Shown piece by piece: positions 53,255 to 63,562 of a stretch of 64,000 nt of DNA (the first letter of the stretch is position 1; each line of letters begins with the position of its first letter). The notes beneath the pieces were generated by a model. That model worked only from the letters and a program-made list of their open reading frames with translations, did no database searches and had not been told where the DNA came from. The translations under genes were made by a program, and so were the position numbers. Source of the DNA: Minisyncoccota bacterium (GTDB lineage Bacteria; Patescibacteriota; Minisyncoccia; Phycocordibacterales; DATDWN01); assembly GCA_041658985.1 (NCBI GenBank), contig JBAZZC010000002.1:17120-81119 (forward strand), written 5' to 3'.

Positions 53255-55077
53255 AAAGAGAGCATCAATAATAAGTAGATTTTTCTTGAATTATCAGCGG
53301 ATTTTAATAGGTGGTCATCTATTAATTTTTTTATAAATTCAACATTCATGTGGCTTTTTATGTAGTCGTTATTTATGATTGTCTCATAGACATCAGTCCT
53401 ACTTTCATTAAACCAACTCTTAATAGGAATTGGAAAACCGAGCTTTTTTCTGTTTCTGGTGGTTTCTGGCACTATTTTTTGAAAAGCCTCTCGAAGCAGG
53501 TATTTAGTTATGCCCCCACGCCATTTAAAACTGTCTGGAAGGGTTTTAGCCAGGTTTGCCACCTCTAAGTCAAGAAAAGGTACCCGAAGCTCTAAAGAAT
53601 TAGCCATAGTCATTTTATCAGCTTTTGCTAGTATATCCCCTACTAACCAGGTATTTATATCTATATATTGCATCTTGGTTGAGTCACTTAAACTAGAGAC
53701 TTTTTTATACAAAGAATCTAAAGAAATTTCTTTCATTTTGTTTCCAACCCAAAGCTTTTCTAAATCCTTATTCTTGAAGACGGAGGCGTTGCCTATGTAC
53801 CAGTTCTCCAGCTTATAATATACTCTACGAATATAATTTTTACCCCAAAATTCAAAAGGTATTTTCAATATTACACCGAGGCCCTGCCTCGGTAACCATG
53901 AGATTTTTTGGGAAGCAAAAGGTGCGAGGTAAATATTGTATCCACCAAAAAGCTCATCCGCTCCTTCGCCCGACAATACTACTGTAACGTGTTTTCTAGC
54001 TTCGCGGGCAATAAAATATAATCCAATAGCCGAAGGGTCAGCAACCGGCTCATCAAAATGGTAAACCGCTTTAGGTAAAATGTTGAAATATTCATCCTCA
54101 TTAATTTTTATTTCAACATGGTTTGTACCAAGATAATCAGATGTTTCACTTGCTTCCTTTCCTTCAGTTAGGGTATCAAAACCAACTGTAAAAGTTCTTA
54201 TCTTCTTATCCCCTCTAATTTCCTGCATTAAAGTTGTAATAATTGAACTATCTATTCCTCCAGAAAGAAAGGTTCCAACAGGAACATCGGCTATCATATG
54301 ATGTGCTACGGAATCCTTAATGGTTTCATAAATTATTTTAGCTGTTTTATGTTCATCAAGACGGTTGTCTTGATGAAATTCAAAAGACCAATACTTTTCT
54401 ATGTGTGTTTCGTTGGTGATAAGGTCAATTAACAGGTAGTGGGCTGGAGGAAGTTTGTAGACATTCTTAAAAAATGTTTCGTTTAGAGGATTGTATTGAA
54501 ACGAAAGATAGTTTATAACAGCGTTGTCATTAATGTCTATTTTAAATGAGGGGAGAGCCAAAAAGCTTTTTATCTCCGATGAAAAAGCAATAACCCTACC
54601 ATCATCATTAACTAGATAGTATATTGGTTTTATACCAAAAAAATCTCTGGCAATAAATAGTTTTTTTGTTTCGGTATTATATATGGAAAAAGCGAACATA
54701 CCCCGCAATTTTGTAAGCATTTTTTCTCCATAAAATTCATACATATGCAGGATAACTTCAGTGTCTGATTCGGTCTTAAAAACACAACCATTTTTAATTA
54801 ATTCCCCTCTCAGTTCTTTGTAGTTGTATATTTCACCATTAAGAATAATTAATAGTTTTCCATCGGCCGAGGAGATTGGTTGCCTTCCTGTGGATAAGTC
54901 TATGATGGACAATCTTCTCATACCCAACCCCACATATTTATCAATATAAAAACCATCATCATCTGGACCACGATGAACTATCTTTGCCACCATATCTAAA
55001 ATTGGCTTTTCTTTTTCGGTTGTTTTTGGGTCAAAAAACCCAGCTATTCCACACATAGGAACAGTATACCCCGACAC
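53215..55077 (-). CDS. asnB: Asparagine synthetase B (glutamine-hydrolysing).
   Basis: MCGIAGFFD (N-terminal nucleophile Cys), SGGIDSS PP-loop; likely start at the ATG at 55056. Confidence 0.85.
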   Translation of the reverse strand: MSGYTVPMCGIAGFFDPKTTEKEKPILDMVAKIVHRGPDDDGFYIDKYVGLGMRRLSIIDLSTGRQPISSADGKLLIILNGEIYNYKELRGELIKNGCVFKTESDTEVILHMYEFYGEKMLTKLRGMFAFSIYNTETKKLFIARDFFGIKPIYYLVNDDGRVIAFSSEIKSFLALPSFKIDINDNAVINYLSFQYNPLNETFFKNVYKLPPAHYLLIDLITNETHIEKYWSFEFHQDNRLDEHKTAKIIYETIKDSVAHHMIADVPVGTFLSGGIDSSIITTLMQEIRGDKKIRTFTVGFDTLTEGKEASETSDYLGTNHVEIKINEDEYFNILPKAVYHFDEPVADPSAIGLYFIAREARKHVTVVLSGEGADELFGGYNIYLAPFASQKISWLPRQGLGVILKIPFEFWGKNYIRRVYYKLENWYIGNASVFKNKDLEKLWVGNKMKEISLDSLYKKVSSLSDSTKMQYIDINTWLVGDILAKADKMTMANSLELRVPFLDLEVANLAKTLPDSFKWRGGITKYLLREAFQKIVPETTRNRKKLGFPIPIKSWFNESRTDVYETIINNDYIKSHMNVEFIKKLIDDHLLKSADNSRKIYLLLMLSLWYNVFVKSINSK

Positions 55078-55196
55078 TAAGTTAATTCAAAATATTCAGA
55101 GATTTGGTTGATATTTTGATATTTCTACACAATAAACACCCGAGATATCTTAGTGTGGGGGTATATCTGAATACCTAAGACTTGTCTAAAAAAGCC

Positions 55197-56309
55197 CTAT
55201 CTTACAGATTTATATCCTCCTTTCACACCGTTTGGAGAAAGAACAATTTGCCAAAGTTCTATGTCTCTAGCCCTGAAAGCTCCGGCACAAGATAATAAAT
55301 AAAATTTCCACATTTTGTAAAATCTTTCCCCATATTTTTTTGATAATTTATCCCAATGATTATTAAAATTTAAGAACCAGGCACAAAGTGTTTTATCATA
55401 GTCCGCGCCAAAATTATGCCAATCTTCTACGACAAAAACATTTTCAACGGCTCTACTTATTTCTAAAAAAGAAGGGATTTTACCATTTGGAAAAATATAT
55501 TTTTCAATCCACGGATTTACTCCAAGGGTTGTAACGTCCTTTCCAATCGTGTGTAGAAGAAATAAACCACCGTCGTTAAGACACTTTTTTGCAATATTCA
55601 TATATACTGAATAATTTTTTACACCAACGTGTTCAAACATACCAAGAGAAACTATATGGTCAAATTTTTCATTTAAATCCCGGTAATCTTGAAGGCGAAT
55701 TTCTATTGGTAAACCAACACAACTTTCTTTAACAAGTGTAAGTTGTTCTTTTGATACAGTAATACCAACAACACTTACTCTATATTTTTCTGTGGCAAAC
55801 TTCATAAAACTTCCCCAACCACAACCTATATCAAGTATTCTTTGTCCTTCATGAAGATTTAATTTTTTACAAACTAAATCTAATTTATGTTCCTGAGCCT
55901 CGTCAAGATTACTGGCGTTTTTCCAATACGCACAAGTATAAACCATGCGCTTATCCAGCATAGCTTCAAATAAATCGTTGCCCAAGTCATAATGTTTTTT
56001 CCCAACCTCAAAAGCTTTTCTGTGTGTTCCAGGGTTTGTTAATAGTGCAGTTAAATATTGCAGTATATTTGGTAAATTAAAAGAGATTTTGTTTTGTGAC
56101 TTTGCTCTGATAATTCGAGACACACATTCATCAAGTTGTTCGCAATCCCACCACCCATCCATATATGATTCACCAAGGGCCAAAGCTCCTCCAACAAGTA
56201 TCCTAGAATAAAATCTATCATCATAAACTTTTATGTCAAAAGATCTTTCGCCATTTATTTTAATATCAGCAGGTTTTAATATATTTTCTATTATTTCTTT
56301 TGAGATCAT
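55197..56309 (-). CDS. cfa: Cyclopropane-fatty-acyl-phospholipid synthase family SAM-dependent methyltransferase.
   Basis: VLDIGCGWGSFMKFATEKY...; 370 aa, CFA-synthase-like. Confidence 0.65.
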   Translation of the reverse strand: MISKEIIENILKPADIKINGERSFDIKVYDDRFYSRILVGGALALGESYMDGWWDCEQLDECVSRIIRAKSQNKISFNLPNILQYLTALLTNPGTHRKAFEVGKKHYDLGNDLFEAMLDKRMVYTCAYWKNASNLDEAQEHKLDLVCKKLNLHEGQRILDIGCGWGSFMKFATEKYRVSVVGITVSKEQLTLVKESCVGLPIEIRLQDYRDLNEKFDHIVSLGMFEHVGVKNYSVYMNIAKKCLNDGGLFLLHTIGKDVTTLGVNPWIEKYIFPNGKIPSFLEISRAVENVFVVEDWHNFGADYDKTLCAWFLNFNNHWDKLSKKYGERFYKMWKFYLLSCAGAFRARDIELWQIVLSPNGVKGGYKSVR

Positions 56310-56314
56310 CTCGT

Positions 56315-57256
56315 TTATTTTTCTATATAATTTAGACTGGCTTTTACTAGTTTTGCAACATCTTTGAATCGTCCATCTACACTGGAACCCAAGACAACCA
56401 CAATAACCGGCCTACCAATGGACGAATCAAAGGCTATAGCCAAATTTCCTCCAGCCATGTTTGTAAAACCAGTTTTTGAGGCTAAAAGTCCAGGTATTTG
56501 GTCAACGTCAATGTTAGTGTTTTTTGCTAGATGTGTTTTATCTAGGGAGGAAATATTTAAAGTTTGATATCTTGTCGCCTCTAAAATTTCAGGGTGATTT
56601 TCTAAGATATACCCCAATAATTTACTGACATCAATAGCAGAGCCATAACCCCCAGATGTAACTCCATCATCCAGACCGCTTTCATTTGTAAAATATGTTT
56701 GTTTTAAGCCCAATTCATTTGCTTTTTCATTCATTTTTAATACAAAATCTTTCCTGCCAAGATTATAATCGTCTGTTTTTAGGTTGGTTGCGCCTATAAC
56801 AGAAGCCACTGACCTTGCGCCGTCATTTGAAGAAACCATTAAAGAAAAGTCTAAAAGGTCTTTTAGTTTCCATGACTCATCAGCCAATAACCCTGTATCC
56901 CCTTCTTCTTTTAGAAATTCTTTTTTGATGGTAACTTGAGAATTGTTTGGTACTAGTTCTGTAGCGGTGAGGGCCATCATCAATTTAGTAACTGAAGCAA
57001 GAGGAAGTTGGGTAAACTCGTTTTTTTTGAAAATAACTTCATTTTTTACAACGTCAAAAACATAAGCAGATTTTGCTTCTAATTCTATTCCGTCAAAAAC
57101 TCTTGAACTTATCTTTTCATTATAAACAATCGTTTCTTTTTTTATTGGTTTGTTTAGTACAGCATAAATCATAAAAACCATACTAACAATCAATATAACT
57201 AAGACGCCGTCTAATACTAATAATTTTTTTGATATTGTTTGTGTTTCTTCTGGCAT
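56315..57256 (-). CDS. Serine-type D-Ala-D-Ala carboxypeptidase (S11, PBP5/DacA-like).
   Basis: SxxK as ASVTKLM, SxN as SSND, KTG as KTGFT. Confidence 0.75.
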   Translation of the reverse strand: MPEETQTISKKLLVLDGVLVILIVSMVFMIYAVLNKPIKKETIVYNEKISSRVFDGIELEAKSAYVFDVVKNEVIFKKNEFTQLPLASVTKLMMALTATELVPNNSQVTIKKEFLKEEGDTGLLADESWKLKDLLDFSLMVSSNDGARSVASVIGATNLKTDDYNLGRKDFVLKMNEKANELGLKQTYFTNESGLDDGVTSGGYGSAIDVSKLLGYILENHPEILEATRYQTLNISSLDKTHLAKNTNIDVDQIPGLLASKTGFTNMAGGNLAIAFDSSIGRPVIVVVLGSSVDGRFKDVAKLVKASLNYIEK

Positions 57257-57260
57257 ATTT

Positions 57261-57818
57261 TTAGTTTAATTCTTCTAACTCTACTTCTTCTTTTTCTTCC
57301 ACAACCTCTAATTGTTTTCTCGTTTCCTCATATTCTGGTAGATCTGAGACCTGACCCAAGCCCAAAAACCTTAAAGCATCACTGGTTACAGTATAACTCA
57401 TAATTCTTGTATCTGTCTCATTATTTTTTCTTTCTATTAAACCTCGGAGTAATAAGGTTCTTAGGGCATATTGTGAGTTAACTCCCCTAATGTATTCAAC
57501 CTCCTTTTTACTAATTGGCCCCTTGTAAGCAATAATTGATAACGTCTCAATTCCAGCTCTTCCCAAGTCTCCCTCTCTTTCCTCTTTGACCATTTTTTCT
57601 ATTATTGCTGAATATTCAGGGGCAGTTACCAAAGTGACCTCATCACTATGCATAACCAGCCTGACCCCCCTATTATCTAGATTTCGTTTTAATTCATTTA
57701 ACGTCTGTTTTGTTTCTTCAGTAGAAATCTCTAAAATCTTGGCCAAAAAATCTATCCTAACTGGTTCAGCAATATAAAAAAGTATGGCTTCTATTTTTTG
57801 AATTAAATTATTTTGCAT
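57261..57818 (-). CDS. scpB: Segregation and condensation protein B.
   Basis: ILFYIAEPVRIDFLAKIL...GRAGIETLSIIAYKGPISKKEVEYIRGV. Confidence 0.8.
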   Translation of the reverse strand: MQNNLIQKIEAILFYIAEPVRIDFLAKILEISTEETKQTLNELKRNLDNRGVRLVMHSDEVTLVTAPEYSAIIEKMVKEEREGDLGRAGIETLSIIAYKGPISKKEVEYIRGVNSQYALRTLLLRGLIERKNNETDTRIMSYTVTSDALRFLGLGQVSDLPEYEETRKQLEVVEEKEEVELEELN

Positions 57819-57819
57819 T

Positions 57820-58620
57820 TTAGTATTTTGGTGTGGCCACTAAATCAGTTTCCATATGAATATCCTGAAAATTCTTGTCTTGACGTACTTGTATAATACC
57901 TTGCTTTACCAATTCTAACATAGCTAAAAAACTTATAATGACATGTATTTTTTTCTCGCGATTAATACCCGCCTGCCCGCCATAGTTTGAGCCTTGCGAT
58001 GACTGGCGGGAAAAGTCTTTAAAACTCATTTTCATGTTTTCCGTGATTCTCTTGGCAAGGTTGTCCATCATTTCTTCTAGAGAAATAACTTTTTGTACAA
58101 TAGTTTTTGGTACGAATTCTTTTTTGGGTATCTGCTGGATAATTAGTTTGATTGTTTCGGTTATTTTGTCGATTGTGGTGTTTTTGTCTGGAGCAAAAAC
58201 CACCACCTTTTCTTTTGACGGCAATCGCAAATATTCAACATGGATGTTAAATCGTTCCCTCAAATGACGGCTTAAAGCTTTGTATTTTTGATATTCTCGA
58301 AGCCTAGCCTCTAAATCTTCAATATTGTGTTCCTCTTCTTCCGAAAGCGTAAGCGTTGGCAACAAAGATTTGGATTTAATTAAAACCAAAGTAGAGGCAA
58401 TGAGAATAAAATGGGCCGAATCAGCAATCGGAAAGTCCTCCAAGCTCTTTATATAGGCAATATAGTCGTCTGCTACTTGGGCTAGAGAAATATCGTTTAT
58501 AAAAAGCTTTCTCTTTTCTATAAGGGAAAGTAGGGTGTCTAACGGTCCTTCAAAAATATGAGTTTTGACTTGATATTCAGAATCCATGACAATGCTAGAG
58601 GTTAGAAGCCCTGTCACCAA
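57820..58620 (-). CDS. scpA: Segregation and condensation protein A.
   Basis: FEGPLDTLLSLIEKRKLFINDISLAQVADDY. Confidence 0.8.
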   Translation of the reverse strand: MVTGLLTSSIVMDSEYQVKTHIFEGPLDTLLSLIEKRKLFINDISLAQVADDYIAYIKSLEDFPIADSAHFILIASTLVLIKSKSLLPTLTLSEEEEHNIEDLEARLREYQKYKALSRHLRERFNIHVEYLRLPSKEKVVVFAPDKNTTIDKITETIKLIIQQIPKKEFVPKTIVQKVISLEEMMDNLAKRITENMKMSFKDFSRQSSQGSNYGGQAGINREKKIHVIISFLAMLELVKQGIIQVRQDKNFQDIHMETDLVATPKY

Positions 58621-59767
58621 ATTTTAAGCTATATTTCTTGTTTTTGTATTTTTTGGCGATTATGTAGTTCATAAACCAGGTCAGACAAAACAGGATTACA
58701 AAATATATAGCCCCAGATTTACTGATTTGGGGGAGTTTATTTGCTGATAGATATCCTAAAACTCCGGAAATAACCCCAATACTTGTTATAGTTTGCAATG
58801 ATTTTAGGTTGTTGCTTGTGGCCTGATTCTTAATTTCAACTAAATTTCCTATAGCCGATGACAGATAATCCCCTGTCATTTTCCAGATTTCTTTTATATA
58901 AGAAAGAGTGTCGGTCAGTGTCTCAAATTTATATTCAAATAAAGAAATTAGGTCTTTTTCAATTTCCAAATTTTTTGCAATAGAAGACCTTGTGTTTATG
59001 TACGAGCCCATCTGATTAATTCTATTGCTAATCAGATTAATGGTTTTCTGGTACCCATCAAGCTTTCCTCTAATGCTATCCACTTCCCTACCCCTTATTA
59101 CCTTGGCTTCCTTTATGTCGGAGATTTCTTCCCAAATTGTTCTGTGAATCGAAAGATATTTTTCAAGTTGGTCTTTAAATTCTCTAAAGAAAATCTGCAT
59201 GGCGATAATTTCATAAATCGGTCGGTGTAGTTCTGAATCAGTCTCAATAAAAATAAAACGAGGAGTTTTTGACACCGTTATGCTGTCACTCGACATTTTT
59301 GTGTAAACCTTGCCAAAACTTGATTCGTCAATAATAAATTTTTTATCTGTGCTATCAAAAATACTGATTACAACTGGGTGCACTGTTTTTATGTTGGCCA
59401 AAATTTTTGGAGTTGGAGCTCCTAGTGAAAAAATGTATGATATCGCTGGGGTGAATTTTTTCTCCAAGTATTCTTCAAGTAATTTTTGTGCTTCTAAGAT
59501 ATCATCTGTATCTTTCTCTAAAATATATAAACCATCCTCATAATAAAAAATTTTAATTTCTGATGATGTTGTGGCTTTTATATATTCCAAATAACCTGAC
59601 TCTCTAGAGATATTAGTCAAATCTAGTTCAGCTTGAAACCTTTTTAGTTCTTTTTTATCTAAATTTAAGTGAGATTCTCCTTCTGCAAATAAATTATAAA
59701 TTTCACTCAAATGGAGTGTTGTTCTCTGATACCAACCCCCATAAGTTACCTTGTATTTATTAGACAT
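58595..59767 (-). CDS. Hypothetical protein with a C-terminal TM anchor, 390 aa.
   Basis: ORF; three hydrophobic helices at the C-terminus. Confidence 0.4.
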   Translation of the reverse strand: MSNKYKVTYGGWYQRTTLHLSEIYNLFAEGESHLNLDKKELKRFQAELDLTNISRESGYLEYIKATTSSEIKIFYYEDGLYILEKDTDDILEAQKLLEEYLEKKFTPAISYIFSLGAPTPKILANIKTVHPVVISIFDSTDKKFIIDESSFGKVYTKMSSDSITVSKTPRFIFIETDSELHRPIYEIIAMQIFFREFKDQLEKYLSIHRTIWEEISDIKEAKVIRGREVDSIRGKLDGYQKTINLISNRINQMGSYINTRSSIAKNLEIEKDLISLFEYKFETLTDTLSYIKEIWKMTGDYLSSAIGNLVEIKNQATSNNLKSLQTITSIGVISGVLGYLSANKLPQISKSGAIYFVILFCLTWFMNYIIAKKYKNKKYSLKFGDRASNL

Positions 59768-59841
59768 ATATGGGTAATTCTATAAGCTTTTTACCTTTTT
59801 TGCAATGTGTTATAATTGGATTAATAAACTAATTAAAAAAT

Positions 59842-60117
59842 ATGGAATTTTATCACTCAACTTTTAGCAATAAAGATACTACACATCCACAGTTTGAGGT
59901 TAGAAATAATAAAGTTTATGCTACTGTCCACAATAAAGATGCTGGTGGAAACAGGTCAATGCCTTGGTATGAAATAAAAGGAAACAACATTCATCCCACA
60001 GCATTTAACCCGCAAGGTCACGATACAAGACCAATGTACGAAATTAGAGGAAACGAAGTTCACACCACATTACACAATCCAAATCACAGCCAAATGCCAG
60101 TTTTTAGTATAAAATAA
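59842..60117 (+). CDS. Small protein built from 3.5 tandem ~22-aa repeats (P.[FY]E[IV][RK].N.[VI][HY].T.[HF]NP).
   Basis: PQFEVRNNKVYATVHN / PWYEIKGNNIHPTAFNP / PMYEIRGNEVHTTLHNP / PVFSIK. Confidence 0.4.
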   Translation: MEFYHSTFSNKDTTHPQFEVRNNKVYATVHNKDAGGNRSMPWYEIKGNNIHPTAFNPQGHDTRPMYEIRGNEVHTTLHNPNHSQMPVFSIK

Positions 60118-60134
60118 GCCTTGAAAATTTTGAA

Positions 60135-61121
60135 TTATCTGCAAGTATTGCTCTCCACAACCATCGTTGTTCCTACAAAATAAAATGAAATATCTGTTCC
60201 GACAGTGTTTTTTGTGTTGAAACATGCGTAGCTTGTTGCTGAACCTAATTCCCCGACGTTTATTGTAGTTGTGGCACTTGCACCAGAAGTTACGTGAAGT
60301 TTACTTTGTGGGGTTGTGGTGCCAATACCGACGTTGCCACCGTCAAGGATACTAAAAATTGTTGAACCATTATCCTGTGCTAAAAAAATTGGTGAGGTCT
60401 GAGAACCGTTATTGGCAATTAATGCTGCGGAAGTAAATGTCGGGGTGGTGTTTTGCAAGCCAAAATATCCGCCAACTTGGATTGGAGATGTAACGGCGGT
60501 ATTAAGAGCAACCCCCATCACAGCAACATTTGTGGCAGAGTCTTTGGCTACTATAGACTTACTACCCACCCCTATATTTAAAATACCACCGACGGCTTCT
60601 GTAAATACTCCCAAATTAAGACCCGTCCCAGTTCCTACGGCTGCACTATAAAGTCCCAGATTACCAAAAGGAGTACCAGTAGATACACTAATGCGTAAAT
60701 TGTTAGTAGTATTACTTACACTGTTTAAGCTTACAGTTCCTATTGTGTTACTTGAAGTAACAGAAGCTGCATTGATGCTTGTATAAAGTCCCCATTGGCC
60801 ACTTGTAGCAGAAGTATTGGGAGTTATGTTAAATCTAACAGCAGAAGTATTAGTTGTCTGGGTGGGAAAAGTTCCAGTAACATTCAGCCAATTCTCAGTT
60901 CCGTCTGTAGCAAGAGAACCGCCAGTAAGTAAAAGTTGATTACCGTCACCTTGAATTTCCAATTTTGCCCCAGGCGTTGCTGTCCCGATACCGACATTAC
61001 CATCCGTTATTATATTTGTACTGATAGTGGTAGAAGCGTAAAGACTTGTTGAAACAAAAATAATTACAGATAAAAACAACGAATAAAACAAAGTTTTATT
61101 GTTACTAAGGTTTGTAATCAT
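60135..61121 (-). CDS. Secreted surface protein, family member 4 (minus strand).
   Basis: STSLYASTTISTNI..., GNVGIGTTTPQSKLHVTSGASATTTINVGELG...CR, same family as 42145-45147. Confidence 0.55.
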   Translation of the reverse strand: MITNLSNNKTLFYSLFLSVIIFVSTSLYASTTISTNIITDGNVGIGTATPGAKLEIQGDGNQLLLTGGSLATDGTENWLNVTGTFPTQTTNTSAVRFNITPNTSATSGQWGLYTSINAASVTSSNTIGTVSLNSVSNTTNNLRISVSTGTPFGNLGLYSAAVGTGTGLNLGVFTEAVGGILNIGVGSKSIVAKDSATNVAVMGVALNTAVTSPIQVGGYFGLQNTTPTFTSAALIANNGSQTSPIFLAQDNGSTIFSILDGGNVGIGTTTPQSKLHVTSGASATTTINVGELGSATSYACFNTKNTVGTDISFYFVGTTMVVESNTCR

Positions 61122-61162
61122 GGCTATAATACTAATACATAAGACTACCTACCACAAGTGTT

Positions 61163-62500
61163 TTAGGGGTTCAATCTCTTAACATCTCGAGGTAGGTATG
61201 TGGCCTCTCTAACGTTTGGTAAATCAAGAATTTTCATAACAAATCTTCCTGGACCAATACCTGCGCCACCATGAGGAGGACAACCATATCTGAAAAAGTT
61301 GATATAATCTTTCAACGGCTCAAGAGACATACCTTTTTCCTCGGCTTGTTTTATCAAAACATCTACCCTGTGTTCGCGTTGAGCGAGTGTTGTAACTTCT
61401 ATTCCTCGGTATAGGAGGTCTGCACGTCTAGAAAAATCACTTCCAGCCTCTAGTCGCATGTGGTAAAAAGCGCTTTTTGATTTGTGGTATTCGGTAATGA
61501 AAACAAAATCATGGTCTTTTTCTTTTTTGACGTGCTCACAGATTGCTCTCTCTTCCTCTGGGGACAAATCATATGGTTCGCCACTTTCAACTCCCAAGTC
61601 AGCTAAAATTTTCTTTGCTTCCAAAATTGTAATTCTTGGAAAAGGTCTCTGTGGGACAGTAATATCTGTCTCTGGAAATTTTTCTAAAACAGCCTTAAAT
61701 CCTTCCACTATCATACCCTCTTCTGCATCCATGACATCATTGTGGGACTCAATATATGAAATCTCAAAATCCCAACCGGTAAATTCTGTTAAGTGTCTCG
61801 TAGTAAACGACAATTCCGCTCGAAAAACAGGGGCAACCATAAAAACCTTCTCAAACCCCGCTGCTTGAGCCATTTGCTTGTAAAATTGTGGTGATTGAGC
61901 TAGATAAGCTTTTCTATCAAAATAATTAACAGTGAATACGTCTGCACCTGTTTCCGAAGCGGTAGACATAAATGCAGGTGGGTAGAGCTGAACAAAATTA
62001 TTTTCACTCCAATATTTTCTAAAACCTTTTTCTAATTCTGTCCAAACTTGAAATATTCTTGTTTTCTCTGGCTTTCGCAAATCCAACCATCTATAATCTA
62101 ATCTAATCGGAGCATCAGTTTCTTCATCTCCACCTTTCATCACAACTGGAATTGGAAGTTCTGGGTCTGCAACAGACAAGACTTCAATGTTTTGTACAGA
62201 TATTTCATTTCCACCCATGGCTTGTTTTGCTTCCTTGACTGTACCAGTGATTTTCACCACGGACTCATGAGAAAGATTTTTTGCCGTTTCAAAAGTAGGA
62301 GAACTTGCCTCAATTACAGTTTGAATTACCCCAGTTATGTCACGAAGCAAAAGAAAAACTATTTTGCTTTGAACACGCAATGTGTGGACAAAACCATTTA
62401 CCATAATTTCCTCTCCCACATGCTGACCTATGTCTTTGTTATAAGTTCTGTTTATCATGTGTTTTACTTTATAGACTTTATAAACTTTAAGGACTCTCAA
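61163..62500 (-). CDS. aspS: Aspartyl-tRNA synthetase, archaeal type (AspRS2, probably non-discriminating).
   Basis: AYLAQSPQFYKQ..APVFRAE...TRHLTEF and the C-terminal GCPPHGGAGIGPGRFVMKILDLPNVREATYLPRDVKRLNP match archaeal-type AspRS, not AsnRS or bacterial AspRS. Confidence 0.7.
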   Translation of the reverse strand: MRVLKVYKVYKVKHMINRTYNKDIGQHVGEEIMVNGFVHTLRVQSKIVFLLLRDITGVIQTVIEASSPTFETAKNLSHESVVKITGTVKEAKQAMGGNEISVQNIEVLSVADPELPIPVVMKGGDEETDAPIRLDYRWLDLRKPEKTRIFQVWTELEKGFRKYWSENNFVQLYPPAFMSTASETGADVFTVNYFDRKAYLAQSPQFYKQMAQAAGFEKVFMVAPVFRAELSFTTRHLTEFTGWDFEISYIESHNDVMDAEEGMIVEGFKAVLEKFPETDITVPQRPFPRITILEAKKILADLGVESGEPYDLSPEEERAICEHVKKEKDHDFVFITEYHKSKSAFYHMRLEAGSDFSRRADLLYRGIEVTTLAQREHRVDVLIKQAEEKGMSLEPLKDYINFFRYGCPPHGGAGIGPGRFVMKILDLPNVREATYLPRDVKRLNP

Positions 62501-62502
62501 CT

Positions 62503-63483
62503 CTAGTATAATTTAACTCCTATTGCTTCCCTAACCTGTTCCATCTTGTGTTCTGCTTTTAATTTTGCTCTTTTGCCTCCTTCTTTCAAAACATCCAAGA
62601 CAAAATCTGTATCATGGGCTAATTGCTCTCTTTTGTCTCGTAGGGGTGCAATGAAAGTATTTATATTTTTAATAAGCAATTCTTTGGATTCTTTATGACT
62701 TATTCCACCCTTCTCATACTTTTGTCGTAAATCAAACAGCTCATCTGGTTTAGAAAATAATCTGTGCAACTTAAACACGTTGTCCTCTTCTGGATTTCTT
62801 GGCTCACTAACCGGTTTAGAATCTGTGATAATAGACATCACTGCTTTTGTGATTTCTTCCAGTGAAGCAAAAAGTGGAATAGTATTGCCATAACTTTTAC
62901 TCATTTTTCTTCCGTCAGTTCCGGGAATAACAGCTACAGTATCTAGAATTTTTGACTCAGGAAGTTTAAAAATCTCTTGTTTGAAAACAAAATTAAATTT
63001 TTGGGCAGTATCTCTAGCGTATTCAACATGCTGTTTCTGGTCTTGTCCAACGGGCACGACTTCTGTATCGTAAAGCAAAATATCTGCAGCCATAAGCATT
63101 GGGTAATTAAACTTGCCAACGCTTATTTCTTTATTGTTTGCTTCGGCATCTTTAAAAGCATGAGCACGCATGAGAAATGGCATGGTGGTTATGGTATCAA
63201 AAATCCAACATAACTCAGTGTGTTCCGAGACGTCTGATTGCTTAAAAATGATTGATTTTTGTGGGTCTAGCCCTAGAGCAAGATAGTCGGTTGCTAGATT
63301 CAAGATATTTTGTGACATTTCTTCCTTATTTTGAACGGAATTCAAAGCATGATAGTCAACTATCATATAAATAGCGTTGTGACTGTCCTGCATGTCCACA
63401 AACTGCCTAATGGCTCCAAAATAGTTACCGATGTGTAGGCTGCCACTTGGTTGTATTCCAGAAAGTAAAGTTTTTTTAGTCAT
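62503..63483 (-). CDS. trpS: Tryptophanyl-tRNA synthetase.
   Basis: LLSGIQPSGSLHIGNYFGAI (HIGH), KMSKS; likely start at the ATG at 63483. Confidence 0.85.
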   Translation of the reverse strand: MTKKTLLSGIQPSGSLHIGNYFGAIRQFVDMQDSHNAIYMIVDYHALNSVQNKEEMSQNILNLATDYLALGLDPQKSIIFKQSDVSEHTELCWIFDTITTMPFLMRAHAFKDAEANNKEISVGKFNYPMLMAADILLYDTEVVPVGQDQKQHVEYARDTAQKFNFVFKQEIFKLPESKILDTVAVIPGTDGRKMSKSYGNTIPLFASLEEITKAVMSIITDSKPVSEPRNPEEDNVFKLHRLFSKPDELFDLRQKYEKGGISHKESKELLIKNINTFIAPLRDKREQLAHDTDFVLDVLKEGGKRAKLKAEHKMEQVREAIGVKLY

Positions 63484-63510
63484 ATGAATATTGTACACAA
63501 TTTTTTTAAC

Positions 63511-63546
63511 AAAAGAAAACCCCGCCTCGTCCGAAGACTTGGCGGG
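63511..63546 (-). terminator. Minus-strand intrinsic terminator CCCGCC-aagtcttcggacga-GGCGGG followed by GUUUUCUUUU.
   Basis: 6-bp GC stem plus T-run, between the ABC transporter gene and trpS. Confidence 0.55.
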
Positions 63547-63562
63547 ATTTGAAAGAACGACG

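Noticed and set aside
61163-62500. Calling the class IIb synthetase AsnRS.
   Set aside because: Motif 2 FRAE is shared by both enzymes. The extended matches (AYLAQSPQFYKQ and the C-terminal ...REATYLPRDVKRLNP) follow archaeal-type AspRS sequences that I recall, not AsnRS.
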